Origin: Mycolicibacterium smegmatis
GTDB taxonomy: Bacteria > Actinomycetota > Actinomycetes > Mycobacteriales > Mycobacteriaceae
Length of the DNA: 32,000 nucleotides
Reading direction: 5' to 3'
Assembly: GCF_001457595.1 (NCBI RefSeq)
Contig: NZ_LN831039.1
Coordinates: 3,240,001-3,272,000 of the forward strand
The position numbers and the translations under genes are program-made. Of this stretch, positions 17,544 to 28,266 are shown in pieces (positions within the stretch are counted from its first letter, which is position 1; every line of letters begins with the position of its first letter). The notes under the pieces are model-generated. The model saw nothing but the letters and a program-made list of their open reading frames with translations. It was not told the DNA's origin and searched no databases.

Positions 17544-19219
17544 GGGGATTCAGCGTAGGCGTCGTCGGCTGGGGCCGGTTGCTCTGGTGGTCGGGCGGGC
17601 GGCTCTGGCGCGGGACGCCACGGCAACCGCCGGTAGGTCAGGGCGATCAGCAGCAGCACGGTGACCGCGCTCGCCAGGGTTGCCATGACGATCTGGAACA
17701 ACGTGAACCGGTCTCCGTTGGCCGTGGGCCCGAAGATCCCGACGATCAGCGTGATCGCGATGGTGGCCCCGCGGAAACCGGGCCGGGTCGCCCATGCGGC
17801 CAGCGGGATGATCGCCCACAGCAGGTACCAGGGTTGCACGACCGGGAACAGCAGTACGGTGCCGCCGAGCGCGACGCCGAGGCCGCCGACCGGGTGCAGA
17901 CGTCCGCGCAGCACCGCGAACAGCAGCCAACTGACCAGGATCGAGATCATGAACACACCGATGGCGCGGGTCAGGCCCAGCACCGCGGTGGTGTGGTCGC
18001 CGAGGCCGAGCAGGATCCCGACCTGACCGGTGCCGAGCGCGATGAGCGTGGGCGGCGACATCCAGCTGCGCACCACGTTGGCGGTACCGAGCGTGAACAG
18101 CCAGCCGAAGCCGAGGCCGCTGGCCCACCCGATGACGGCCATGACCGCCAGCGAGATGGCGCCGAGCGACGTACACGAGATCACGAACGCCTTGACCGTG
18201 CCGCCCCACCGCCAGGCCAGGGCCATCGCGACGAAACCCAGCGCGAGCAACGAAGGAAGTTTGACCTGTGAGGACATCGCGATCAGCACGGCGCCCAGGA
18301 CGAGCATCGCCATGGGCTGCCATCGCTGCCACTGCGCGCGGCCGCTCGGCCAGGCCGGCGGGCGCGGCAGCAGCGGCTGGGCGGCGTCGATGCCGCGCAG
18401 CGCGAACTCGGTGCCCGCGAGCATCAGCCCGAGCATGAGCGCCTCGTTGTGGATGCCTGCCACCAGATGCATGAACAGCAGCGGGTTGCACGGTCCGAGC
18501 CACAGTGCGCTGACCTCGGCGACGCCGCAGCGGCGGGCCAGGCGAGGAGTCGCCCACACGATCAGCCCGACGCCGATCAGCACCACCAGCCGGTGGCACA
18601 TCACGGCCTCGACGATGTTCTCACCGGTCAGCGCCGAGATGCCCTGACCGATCCACAGGAACAACGGCCCGTACGGCGCGGGCGTCTCGCGCCACAGGTT
18701 GGGCACCGACAGCGTGAACACGTGGTCGAGGCCAAGGCCCGTCGCGGGGCCCACCCGGTACGGGTCGAGGCCCAGCACCGCGATCTCGCTCTGCGCCAGG
18801 TAGGAGTACACGTCGCGGCTGTACATGGGCGGCGCGATCAACAGCGGCACGGTCCACAGCATCAGCGTGTGGTCGAGCTGGCTGCGGGACATGCGCCGCT
18901 TGCCCAGCGTGTACCGCCCGAGCATGAGCCAGGCCAGCGCCATCATCACCGCGCCGGTCGTGGTCATCGTGAGCGACACCGTCTGGATCCGCGACGGCAG
19001 GTTCAGGAGGCGCACCCCGAACGTCGGGTCCTGCACCACGGGGCGTGCGCCCGCGCCGAGCGCGCCGATGGCCATGAGCACCGTTCCCGTCGCGCCGAAC
19101 AGCCGGGTACGGCGCATCGACAGGATTTCGGCGTCGTCGAGGGGCGAGGCGACCGCGTGTTCGTCGCCGTGCCACCGGGCGATCGACGAGCTGAAGGACG
19201 ACAGGCGGCTGGCCATCAC
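17540..19219 (-). CDS. mptB: polyprenol-phosphate-mannose-dependent alpha-(1->6) mannosyltransferase (GT-C fold, Rv1459c/MptB-like)
   Basis: 559-aa polytopic membrane protein with the conserved first-loop motif PPMYSRDVYSYLAQ typical of MptA/MptB-type GT-C enzymes. Position immediately upstream of, and divergent from, sufR matches Rv1459c. The start may be GTG 19219 or ATG 19216. Confidence 0.8.
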   Translation of the reverse strand: MMASRLSSFSSSIARWHGDEHAVASPLDDAEILSMRRTRLFGATGTVLMAIGALGAGARPVVQDPTFGVRLLNLPSRIQTVSLTMTTTGAVMMALAWLMLGRYTLGKRRMSRSQLDHTLMLWTVPLLIAPPMYSRDVYSYLAQSEIAVLGLDPYRVGPATGLGLDHVFTLSVPNLWRETPAPYGPLFLWIGQGISALTGENIVEAVMCHRLVVLIGVGLIVWATPRLARRCGVAEVSALWLGPCNPLLFMHLVAGIHNEALMLGLMLAGTEFALRGIDAAQPLLPRPPAWPSGRAQWQRWQPMAMLVLGAVLIAMSSQVKLPSLLALGFVAMALAWRWGGTVKAFVISCTSLGAISLAVMAVIGWASGLGFGWLFTLGTANVVRSWMSPPTLIALGTGQVGILLGLGDHTTAVLGLTRAIGVFMISILVSWLLFAVLRGRLHPVGGLGVALGGTVLLFPVVQPWYLLWAIIPLAAWATRPGFRGATIAITLIVGIFGPTANGDRFTLFQIVMATLASAVTVLLLIALTYRRLPWRPAPEPPARPPEQPAPADDAYAESP

Positions 19220-19281
19220 AGCAGCGTAACCGGCGCAGAATACGATCCACTCCAGCTGACGGTGGCCGATGTCACGTAAGG

Positions 19282-20136
19282 GTGCCCTTGGTGGAACCGC
19301 CGGACGAATTCCGTCACAATGGTGTTGTGAAATTACGCGGAGGCGCCACGAGTCCGGTCGCGACCGGTCCGTCGGTTCCTGCTGCCGACGAGGTTCCCGG
19401 CGTGATTTCCACAGCGGACGGCCAGACCCGGCGGGCCATCATCAAGCTGCTCCTGGAGGGCCCCATCACCGCGGGCCAGATCGGTGAGCGGCTCGGGATC
19501 TCCGCCGCGGGCGTGCGCCGCCACCTCGACGCATTGATCGAGGCGGGCGACGCGCAGGCCAGCGCCGCCGCGGCGTGGCAGCACACCGGCCGGGGCCGCC
19601 CCGCCAAGCGGTACCGGTTGACCGCGGCGGGACGGGCCAAGCTCGGTCACAGTTACGACGATCTGGCCGTCGCCGCGATCCGGCAACTGCGGGAGATCGG
19701 CGGAAAAGACGCGGTGCGCACGTTCGCCCGACGCCGGATCGACACGATCCTCTCGGGAGTAACCGCGGGGTCCGGTGATGTTGCACAGACTGCCGAGCGT
19801 GTGGCGGACGCGATGACCAAGGCGGGCTACGCGACCACCACGGCACCGGTGAGCGGGCCGATCCGCGGCGTACAGATCTGCCAGCACCACTGTCCGGTGT
19901 CGCACGTGGCCGAGGAATTCCCGGAACTGTGCGAGACGGAGCGCGAGGCGTTCGCCGAGATCCTCGGCACCCACGTGCAGCGCCTGGCCACCATCGTCAA
20001 CGGTGACTGCGCGTGCACCACCCACGTCCCGCTGGACCTCGACCCGCCCGGCGAGCACGCAGACCACCCGAAAGACGTCCGGAGCACAGCCCGCGACCGG
20101 ACGACCACCCCTAGCGATCAAGGAGCGTCGACATGA
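19282..20136 (+). CDS. sufR: Fe-S cluster-sensing ArsR-type repressor of the suf operon
   Basis: Winged-HTH block [36 protein letters not shown] and a C-terminal Cys cluster ([18 protein letters not shown], plus CAC). The stop overlaps the sufB ATG (ATGA). Coordinates give the maximal ORF. In-frame GTG 19327 and SD-preceded GTG 19402 are more likely true starts. Confidence 0.85.
   Translation: MPLVEPPDEFRHNGVVKLRGGATSPVATGPSVPAADEVPGVISTADGQTRRAIIKLLLEGPITAGQIGERLGISAAGVRRHLDALIEAGDAQASAAAAWQHTGRGRPAKRYRLTAAGRAKLGHSYDDLAVAAIRQLREIGGKDAVRTFARRRIDTILSGVTAGSGDVAQTAERVADAMTKAGYATTTAPVSGPIRGVQICQHHCPVSHVAEEFPELCETEREAFAEILGTHVQRLATIVNGDCACTTHVPLDLDPPGEHADHPKDVRSTARDRTTTPSDQGAST
19314..19330. promoter_or_regulatory. 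candidate SufR operator
   Basis: TCACAA-tggtg-TTGTGA is a perfect 6-bp inverted repeat with a 5-nt spacer at the 5' end of sufR. It resembles the ACACT-N5-TGTGA-type box reported for M. tuberculosis SufR, as I recall it. Confidence 0.45.
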
Positions 20137-21566
20137 CGACCACCCCCGAGACAGCACCACTGACCCAGGAAGAGACCATCGCGTCCCTGGGTAAGTACGG
20201 CTACGGCTGGGCGGATTCCGACGTTGCCGGCGCCAGCGCGCAGCGTGGTCTCAACGAGGCGGTCGTACGCGACATCTCGGCCAAGAAGAACGAGCCCGAG
20301 TGGATGCTCGACATCCGGTTGAAGGCGCTGCGAACCTTCGACAAGAAGCCCATGCCGACCTGGGGATCGGACCTCGACGGCATCGACTTCGACAACATCA
20401 AGTACTTCGTGCGGTCCACCGAGAAGCAGGCGGCCTCGTGGGAGGAACTGCCCGAGGACATCCGCAACACCTACGACAAGCTGGGCATCCCGGAAGCCGA
20501 GAAGCAGCGCCTGGTCTCCGGTGTGGCCGCGCAGTACGAGTCCGAGGTGGTCTACCACCAGATCCGCGAGGACCTCGAGGCCCAGGGCGTCATCTTCCTC
20601 GACACCGACTCCGCGCTGCGTGAGCATCCCGAGATCTTCAAGCAGTACTTCGGCACCGTGATCCCGGCCGGCGACAACAAGTTCTCGGCGCTGAACACCG
20701 CGGTGTGGTCGGGCGGTTCGTTCATCTACGTCCCGCCGGGTGTGCACGTCGACATCCCGCTGCAGGCCTACTTCCGGATCAACACCGAGAACATGGGCCA
20801 GTTCGAGCGCACGCTGATCATCGTCGACGAGGGTGCCTACGTGCACTACGTCGAAGGATGTACCGCGCCCATCTACAAGAGCGACTCGCTGCACTCGGCC
20901 GTCGTCGAGATCATCGTCAAGGCCGGCGGCCGCTGCCGCTACACGACCATCCAGAACTGGTCGAACAACGTCTACAACCTGGTCACCAAGCGTGCCCGCG
21001 CCGAGGCGGGCGCCACCATGGAGTGGATCGACGGCAACATCGGCTCCAAGGTGACCATGAAGTACCCGGCCGTGTGGATGACCGGTGAGCACGCCAAGGG
21101 CGAGGTGCTCTCGGTGGCGTTCGCCGGCGAGGGCCAGCACCAGGACACCGGTGCCAAGATGCTGCACCTCGCGCCGAACACGTCGAGCAACATCGTCTCG
21201 AAGTCGGTCGCGCGAGGCGGCGGACGCGCGTCCTACCGCGGCCTGGTCCAGGTCAACAAGGGAGCACATGGGTCGCGCTCCTCTGTGAAATGCGATGCGC
21301 TGCTGGTCGACACGATCAGCCGGTCCGACACCTACCCGTACGTCGACATCCGCGAGGACGACGTGACGATGGGTCACGAGGCCACGGTGTCCAAGGTCAG
21401 CGAGGATCAGCTGTTCTACCTGATGAGCCGCGGGCTGACCGAGGACGAGGCCATGGCCATGGTGGTCCGCGGCTTCGTCGAGCCGATCGCCAAGGAACTG
21501 CCGATGGAATACGCGCTCGAGCTCAACCGGCTCATCGAGCTTCAGATGGAAGGTGCGGTCGGCTGA
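20133..21566 (+). CDS. sufB: Fe-S cluster assembly scaffold protein SufB (no intein)
   Basis: 477 aa and collinear SufB throughout (YGWADSD..., [34 protein letters not shown]-like block, [27 protein letters not shown]). Confidence 0.97.
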   Translation: MTTTPETAPLTQEETIASLGKYGYGWADSDVAGASAQRGLNEAVVRDISAKKNEPEWMLDIRLKALRTFDKKPMPTWGSDLDGIDFDNIKYFVRSTEKQAASWEELPEDIRNTYDKLGIPEAEKQRLVSGVAAQYESEVVYHQIREDLEAQGVIFLDTDSALREHPEIFKQYFGTVIPAGDNKFSALNTAVWSGGSFIYVPPGVHVDIPLQAYFRINTENMGQFERTLIIVDEGAYVHYVEGCTAPIYKSDSLHSAVVEIIVKAGGRCRYTTIQNWSNNVYNLVTKRARAEAGATMEWIDGNIGSKVTMKYPAVWMTGEHAKGEVLSVAFAGEGQHQDTGAKMLHLAPNTSSNIVSKSVARGGGRASYRGLVQVNKGAHGSRSSVKCDALLVDTISRSDTYPYVDIREDDVTMGHEATVSKVSEDQLFYLMSRGLTEDEAMAMVVRGFVEPIAKELPMEYALELNRLIELQMEGAVG

Positions 21567-21568
21567 GT

Positions 21569-22779
21569 ATGGCTTCGCAACTCACACAGGCGTCCGAGGG
21601 TTCCGCGAAGAGCGGCTCGGTGCTCAACCTGAACAAGGGCGAGGTCTTCACCTCGTTCGACGTCAACGCCTTCGAGGTCCCGCACGGGCGCGACGAGATC
21701 TGGCGGTTCACGCCGCTGCGGCGGCTGCGCGGTCTGCACAACGGCACCGCGGGCGCCGACGGCAAGGCGACCGGCAGCGCGCTGATCGAGGTCAGTGAGC
21801 GCCCCGGCGTGACGATCGAGACCGTCGAGCGCGGCGACGAGCGCCTAGGCCAGGGCGGCGTTCCCGCCGATCGTGTCGCCGCACAGGCATTTTCGTCGTT
21901 CAGCAACGCGACGGTGGTCACCGTCGGTCGCAACGTGCAGGTGGACGAGCCCGTCGAGATCACCATCACCGGTCCCGGCGAGGGCAACACGGCCTACGGG
22001 CACGTGCAGGTCCGTGTCGAGGAACTCGGCGAGGCCGTCGTGGTGATCGACCACCGGGGCAGCGGAACCTACGCCGACAACATCGAGTTCGTCGTCGGCG
22101 ACGCCGCGACGCTCAAGGTGGTGTCGATCGCCGACTGGGCCGACGACACCGTCCACGTCAGCACGCACCACGCCACGCTGGGCAAGGACGCGGTGCTGCG
22201 GCACTTCGCGGTCACGCTCGGCGGCGACGTCGCCCGGCTCACCGGACGCGTGCGGTTCGCGGCACCCGGCGGCGACGCCGAACTGCTCGGCCTCTACTTC
22301 GCCGACGACGGTCAGCACTTCGAGTCCCGGTTGCTCGTCGACCACGCCCAACCACACTGCCGCTCACACGTGACGTACAAGGGTGCGCTGCAGGGCGATC
22401 CGGCATCGGACAAGCCCGACACGCACACCGTGTGGGTCGGCGACGTGCTGATCCGCGCCGAGGCCACCGGCACCGACACCTACGAGGTCAACCGCAACCT
22501 GGTGCTGACCGACGGGGCGCGTGCCGACTCGGTGCCCAACCTGGAGATCGAGACCGGTGAGATCGTCGGCGCCGGACACGCAAGCGCCACCGGCCGATTC
22601 GACGACGAGCAGTTGTTCTACCTGCGGGCCCGCGGCATCCCCGAGGATCAGGCGCGCCGTCTGGTGGTGCGCGGGTTCTTCGGCGAACTGATCCAGAAGA
22701 TCGCCGTGCCCGCCGTCCGCGACCGCCTCACCGCGGCCATCGAACACGAACTTGAGCTAACCGAAGGAATCAAGCACTG

Positions 22780-22780
<1 letters not shown>
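21569..22780 (+). CDS. sufD: Fe-S cluster assembly protein SufD
   Basis: ATG 21569 lies 2 nt after the sufB stop and gives MASQLTQASEGS.... It has the beta-helix SufB/D-family C-terminus (SHVTYKGAL...NLEIETGEIVGAGHASATGRFDDEQLFYLRARGI). The upstream part of the 496-aa track ORF overlaps sufB. Confidence 0.92.
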
Positions 22781-25287
<2,507 letters not shown>

Positions 25288-25291
<4 letters not shown>

Positions 25292-25629
25292 GCGAGCCTG
25301 CTTCCGAGGAGCTGCTCTTCGACATCGAAGAGGCCATGCGCGACGTCGTCGATCCCGAACTCGGCATCAACGTCGTCGATCTCGGTCTGGTGTACGGCAT
25401 GAACGTCGAGCAGGGCGAATCCGGCAAGGTCGCGTTGATCGACATGACGTTGACCTCGGCCGCGTGCCCGCTGACCGACGTGATCGAGGACCAGTCGCGC
25501 ACCGCGCTGGTGGGCGCCGGTCTGGTCGACGAACTGCGGATCAACTGGGTGTGGAACCCGCCGTGGGGACCGGACAAGATCACCGACGACGGGCGCGAGC
25601 AGTTGCGCGCACTCGGTTTCACCGTCTGA
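25288..25629 (+). CDS. sufT: DUF59/MIP18-family Fe-S assembly protein SufT
   Basis: 113 aa with IEEAMRDVVDPELGINVVDLGLVY and a conserved Cys (TSAACPL). ATGA overlap with sufU. Position equals Rv1466. Confidence 0.87.
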
Positions 25630-27000
25630 TCAGTCGTTCGGCAGTAGCACTCGCACCTCGTACGGCGCGAGTTCGACGGAGCCCGAATCCGGTGCAGTGA
25701 CCGTGATGGGTGCGCCGGTCTTGTTGATGATCAGAAGTTTTCGTGTCCCGTCCGGTGTGATGAACCCCTGGGCGTGCACTCGCGGGTCGGGGTGACCCTG
25801 GCGCCCGGTGATCGTCGGGACCACGGCATCCCCGGGCCCGAAGTGCCGCAGCAGGTAGGCCAGGGCGTCGTACCGCGCATTGGGTTTCCCGGTCTCCCAG
25901 TCGATCAGGCTGGCGCCGGGGATCATCGCGGGATAGTCCATGAACTCGGCGACGCCCACCAGGTCGATACCGAGTTCGACCAGTCGCACCCACAGGTAGG
26001 ACTGCACCGCGGCGCTCAACGCCCAGTACTCGTCGGAGATGACGGGCTCGGGGTTCATCAGGTCGGCAGGGAACGTGCCGATCTCGTTGATGAACGTCAA
26101 CGTCTCGGGTGCGATGCGGCGCCGTATGGAGTCGATCAGGCGGACCTGCTCGACGAATCCGTCGGCCTGCGCGAAGTAGATGTCGCGCCAGTGACTTTCC
26201 GGTGCGTTCGGTTCGGGGCGCAGCGGATCGACGATCTCCGGATGAGCGTAGAAGTGGAACGACATGGCGTCGGGTGCGGTGCCGTGGCGATGATTGGCGG
26301 GATCGAGGAACGTCCAGAAGTATTCGGGGTTCTGGTGCTTGTGGGTCAGGGACAGCCCGACGAACTTCATCTCCGGGTCGAGCGGGCGCAACCGGTCGAC
26401 CACCGCGTCGAACAGGGCGGTGTAGGTCTGCGGTGACATGCCGCGCATATCGGGTTCGCACAGCACCTCCCAGAATGCGAAGCGGTAGTGATGTCCCGAT
26501 TCGTGCCACTGCCCGTGCTCGTCGGTGAATCCGCCGGCGATGTACCAGCTCGCAACCCGGTAGAAGTAGTCGGCCACCTCGGACATGGTCGGGTCGCGCA
26601 ACTCGGTGCCGCGCTCGTAATCCCAGACGATGGTGTCCGGATCCTCGGGCACCGCAACGGGATCGGTGAACATCCAGGCGGGAATGGTCGCGAAGTTGGC
26701 CACCACCGGTCGGCCCTCGGTCGCCGCCATGACATCCTCGACGAACGGGTCGAGCAGGCCGAAGTCCCAGTGCGTGGTCTCGGCGGTCGGTGGACTCAGT
26801 TGTGCCACCGACAATCTGGGGTGGGAGAACCACGGCAGGAACCGCACCAGGTCGGCGCGCAGGTCGCGCAGCGCGCCGAATGCGCGTGAGTGGATCGGTG
26901 ACCCCCGGCGCAGCGGGGGAGCGGTCCATACGTGCGTGGTGAGGGTGGTCCGCGACAGCCGGGTGGTGGTCTCCCAGCGGACGTCGATGCCGACCGTCAC
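25630..27000 (-). CDS. cytosolic clan GH-A-like (GH39/GH5-like) TIM-barrel glycoside hydrolase candidate
   Basis: 456 aa with no signal peptide. The strand-4 motif FAFWEVLCEPD (normally W-N-E-P) and the strand-7 motif TFINEIGTF are 124 residues apart, the spacing of acid/base and nucleophile Glu in clan GH-A. A C-terminal beta-rich domain follows. The GTG start overlaps the TetR stop (GTGA, 26997-27000). Family assignment is by motif recognition only. Confidence 0.6.
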   Translation of the reverse strand: MTVGIDVRWETTTRLSRTTLTTHVWTAPPLRRGSPIHSRAFGALRDLRADLVRFLPWFSHPRLSVAQLSPPTAETTHWDFGLLDPFVEDVMAATEGRPVVANFATIPAWMFTDPVAVPEDPDTIVWDYERGTELRDPTMSEVADYFYRVASWYIAGGFTDEHGQWHESGHHYRFAFWEVLCEPDMRGMSPQTYTALFDAVVDRLRPLDPEMKFVGLSLTHKHQNPEYFWTFLDPANHRHGTAPDAMSFHFYAHPEIVDPLRPEPNAPESHWRDIYFAQADGFVEQVRLIDSIRRRIAPETLTFINEIGTFPADLMNPEPVISDEYWALSAAVQSYLWVRLVELGIDLVGVAEFMDYPAMIPGASLIDWETGKPNARYDALAYLLRHFGPGDAVVPTITGRQGHPDPRVHAQGFITPDGTRKLLIINKTGAPITVTAPDSGSVELAPYEVRVLLPND

Positions 27001-27587
27001 GCGTGCCCTGAAGACGTGGCCGGGAAGCCGAGAGCCGGCAGGATCGCCTGATCGACGATCGCCTCCAGCGCGGAGCCGTCGGGAAGCTCCCCTGTGTCGA
27101 TCTGGTGCTTGATCACCAACGCCTCACCGATATCGCAGACGATCGGGGTGACCGATCGCGGAGCGATCTCACCGGTGGCCGCGTAGTGCTCGATCACGGT
27201 CTGGGTGAAACGGTTGCCGTGGGTGCCGAAGACGTCGCGGTACAGCGCGTCGACCAGATCCGGTCGTCGGCGGCGTTCGGCGAGAACGGCCGCGACCGCC
27301 GGGGCGGCCGGGCCGGACAGCCAGCGCGTCAGCTGATGGAGTGACCGTAGGAGATCGTCCCGAAGGTGACCGCCCTCGACGGTGACTTCCTCACGGGGAC
27401 AGGCCGCGGCGAGGGCGTCGATCAGCAGATCGTCCACCGACGCCCAGTGCCGGTAGACCGATGTCTTGGCCGCCGACGCCCGGCGGGCGACGCCCTCGAC
27501 GGTCAGCCCCGCCAGTCCGGCGACCGCCACCTCGGCCAGCGCCGCGGCTCGGCAGTCCGCCTTGAGTTGGTCTCCGGTTCGCCGCAC
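26997..27587 (-). CDS. TetR-family transcriptional regulator
   Basis: 196 aa. The N-terminal HTH is GLAGLTVEGVARRASAAKTSVYRHWASVDDLL. GTG start. Translationally coupled to the downstream hydrolase. Confidence 0.88.
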   Translation of the reverse strand: MRRTGDQLKADCRAAALAEVAVAGLAGLTVEGVARRASAAKTSVYRHWASVDDLLIDALAAACPREEVTVEGGHLRDDLLRSLHQLTRWLSGPAAPAVAAVLAERRRRPDLVDALYRDVFGTHGNRFTQTVIEHYAATGEIAPRSVTPIVCDIGEALVIKHQIDTGELPDGSALEAIVDQAILPALGFPATSSGHA

Positions 27588-27595
27588 GGGGCCAC

Positions 27596-27633
27596 GATAG
27601 CTACGCAGTCATAGCTACGCAACCGTATCTATC
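27596..27633. promoter_or_regulatory. candidate TetR operator: tandem 11-bp direct repeat within an imperfect inverted repeat
   Basis: ATAGCTACGCA occurs at 27597-27607 and again at 27611-27621 (14-bp period). GATAGCTACG (27596-27605) pairs 9/10 with CGTATCTATC (27624-27633). The element overlaps the -10-like TATCGT (27594-27599, minus strand), which lies 6 nt from GTG 27587. Confidence 0.45.
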
Positions 27634-27634
27634 A

Positions 27635-28084
27635 TCAGAGCGCCGCGGCGGCGGCGCGCAGGCGTCCCTCGAGATCGCCGACGCCCGACAGGTACAGCGG
27701 CCCCGCGCCGTCGGCCAGCAGTTTGCGCAGCCGGGCGACACCCCTGGCGTCGACGCGTCGCGGCCTGAGCAGGCGCTCGATGATGTCGTGGATGGTGGCT
27801 TCGGCGGCTCTGATGTTCGCCACGTGAACGGGCACCCGAGGCGTCATCCATACCCGCCGCTCATGAGCGTCGGTGAGGAAACGGCTCAGCGTCCGTGCGA
27901 GGCAACGCCTTTCGTGGTCGGATTCCAGACGCGCGGCGTGGATGGCCAGCGCGGACCCGGGTTTCCCGACGAAACCCAGCGATATTTGGTCGTCGTAGCG
28001 GCCCGCGCACAGCCGTGCGGTGAGCCTTGTGGTCAACGACCCGGTGCCTGCGCTTGTTCTGAGAGTGTCTTGTGTGTATGACAT
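27635..28084 (-). CDS. hypothetical protein, 149 aa, no recognisable domain
   Basis: ATG 28084 is preceded by a strong AAGGAG 7 nt upstream. Third-position GC is high over most of the ORF. The sequence is Ala/Arg/Leu-rich and probably helical, with no TM segment or catalytic motif that I recognise. Confidence 0.6.
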   Translation of the reverse strand: MSYTQDTLRTSAGTGSLTTRLTARLCAGRYDDQISLGFVGKPGSALAIHAARLESDHERRCLARTLSRFLTDAHERRVWMTPRVPVHVANIRAAEATIHDIIERLLRPRRVDARGVARLRKLLADGAGPLYLSGVGDLEGRLRAAAAAL

Positions 28085-28266
28085 GGGGAGTCTCCTTGCG
28101 ATCGAGTGGGGTGCGGCATGAGGAACTGGGGCATGCCGTAGGAGCGGATGTGCCGTGGGGTCTCGCGGCAGTGCGGATCCTCCGCCACCGCCGTCCACAT
28201 CTCGGTGCCACATCCCGCCAGGGCCAGCGAGCCGGTCAGGAGTGCGGCTGCAATCGGCCGCTTCAC
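28033..28266 (-). CDS. candidate small lipoprotein (77 aa), not listed as its own ORF in the track
   Basis: GTG 28266 overlaps the fadD stop (GTGA). Translation gives (M)KRPIAAALLTGSLALAGCGTEMWTAVAEDPHCRETPRHIRSYGMPQFLMPHP..., a textbook lipoprotein signal peptide (KR n-region, hydrophobic core, lipobox LAGC). GC3 is high for about the first 53 codons. The last 52 nt overlap the next gene. Confidence 0.45.
   Translation of the reverse strand: MKRPIAAALLTGSLALAGCGTEMWTAVAEDPHCRETPRHIRSYGMPQFLMPHPTRSQGDSPCHTHKTLSEQAQAPGR

Noticed and set aside
20133-21566. Looked for an intein in sufB, because M. tuberculosis SufB carries one.
   Set aside because: The ORF is 477 aa and collinear with intein-less SufB throughout, with no Hint-domain or homing-endonuclease blocks. 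The absence is expected for some fast-growing mycobacteria and is not novel.
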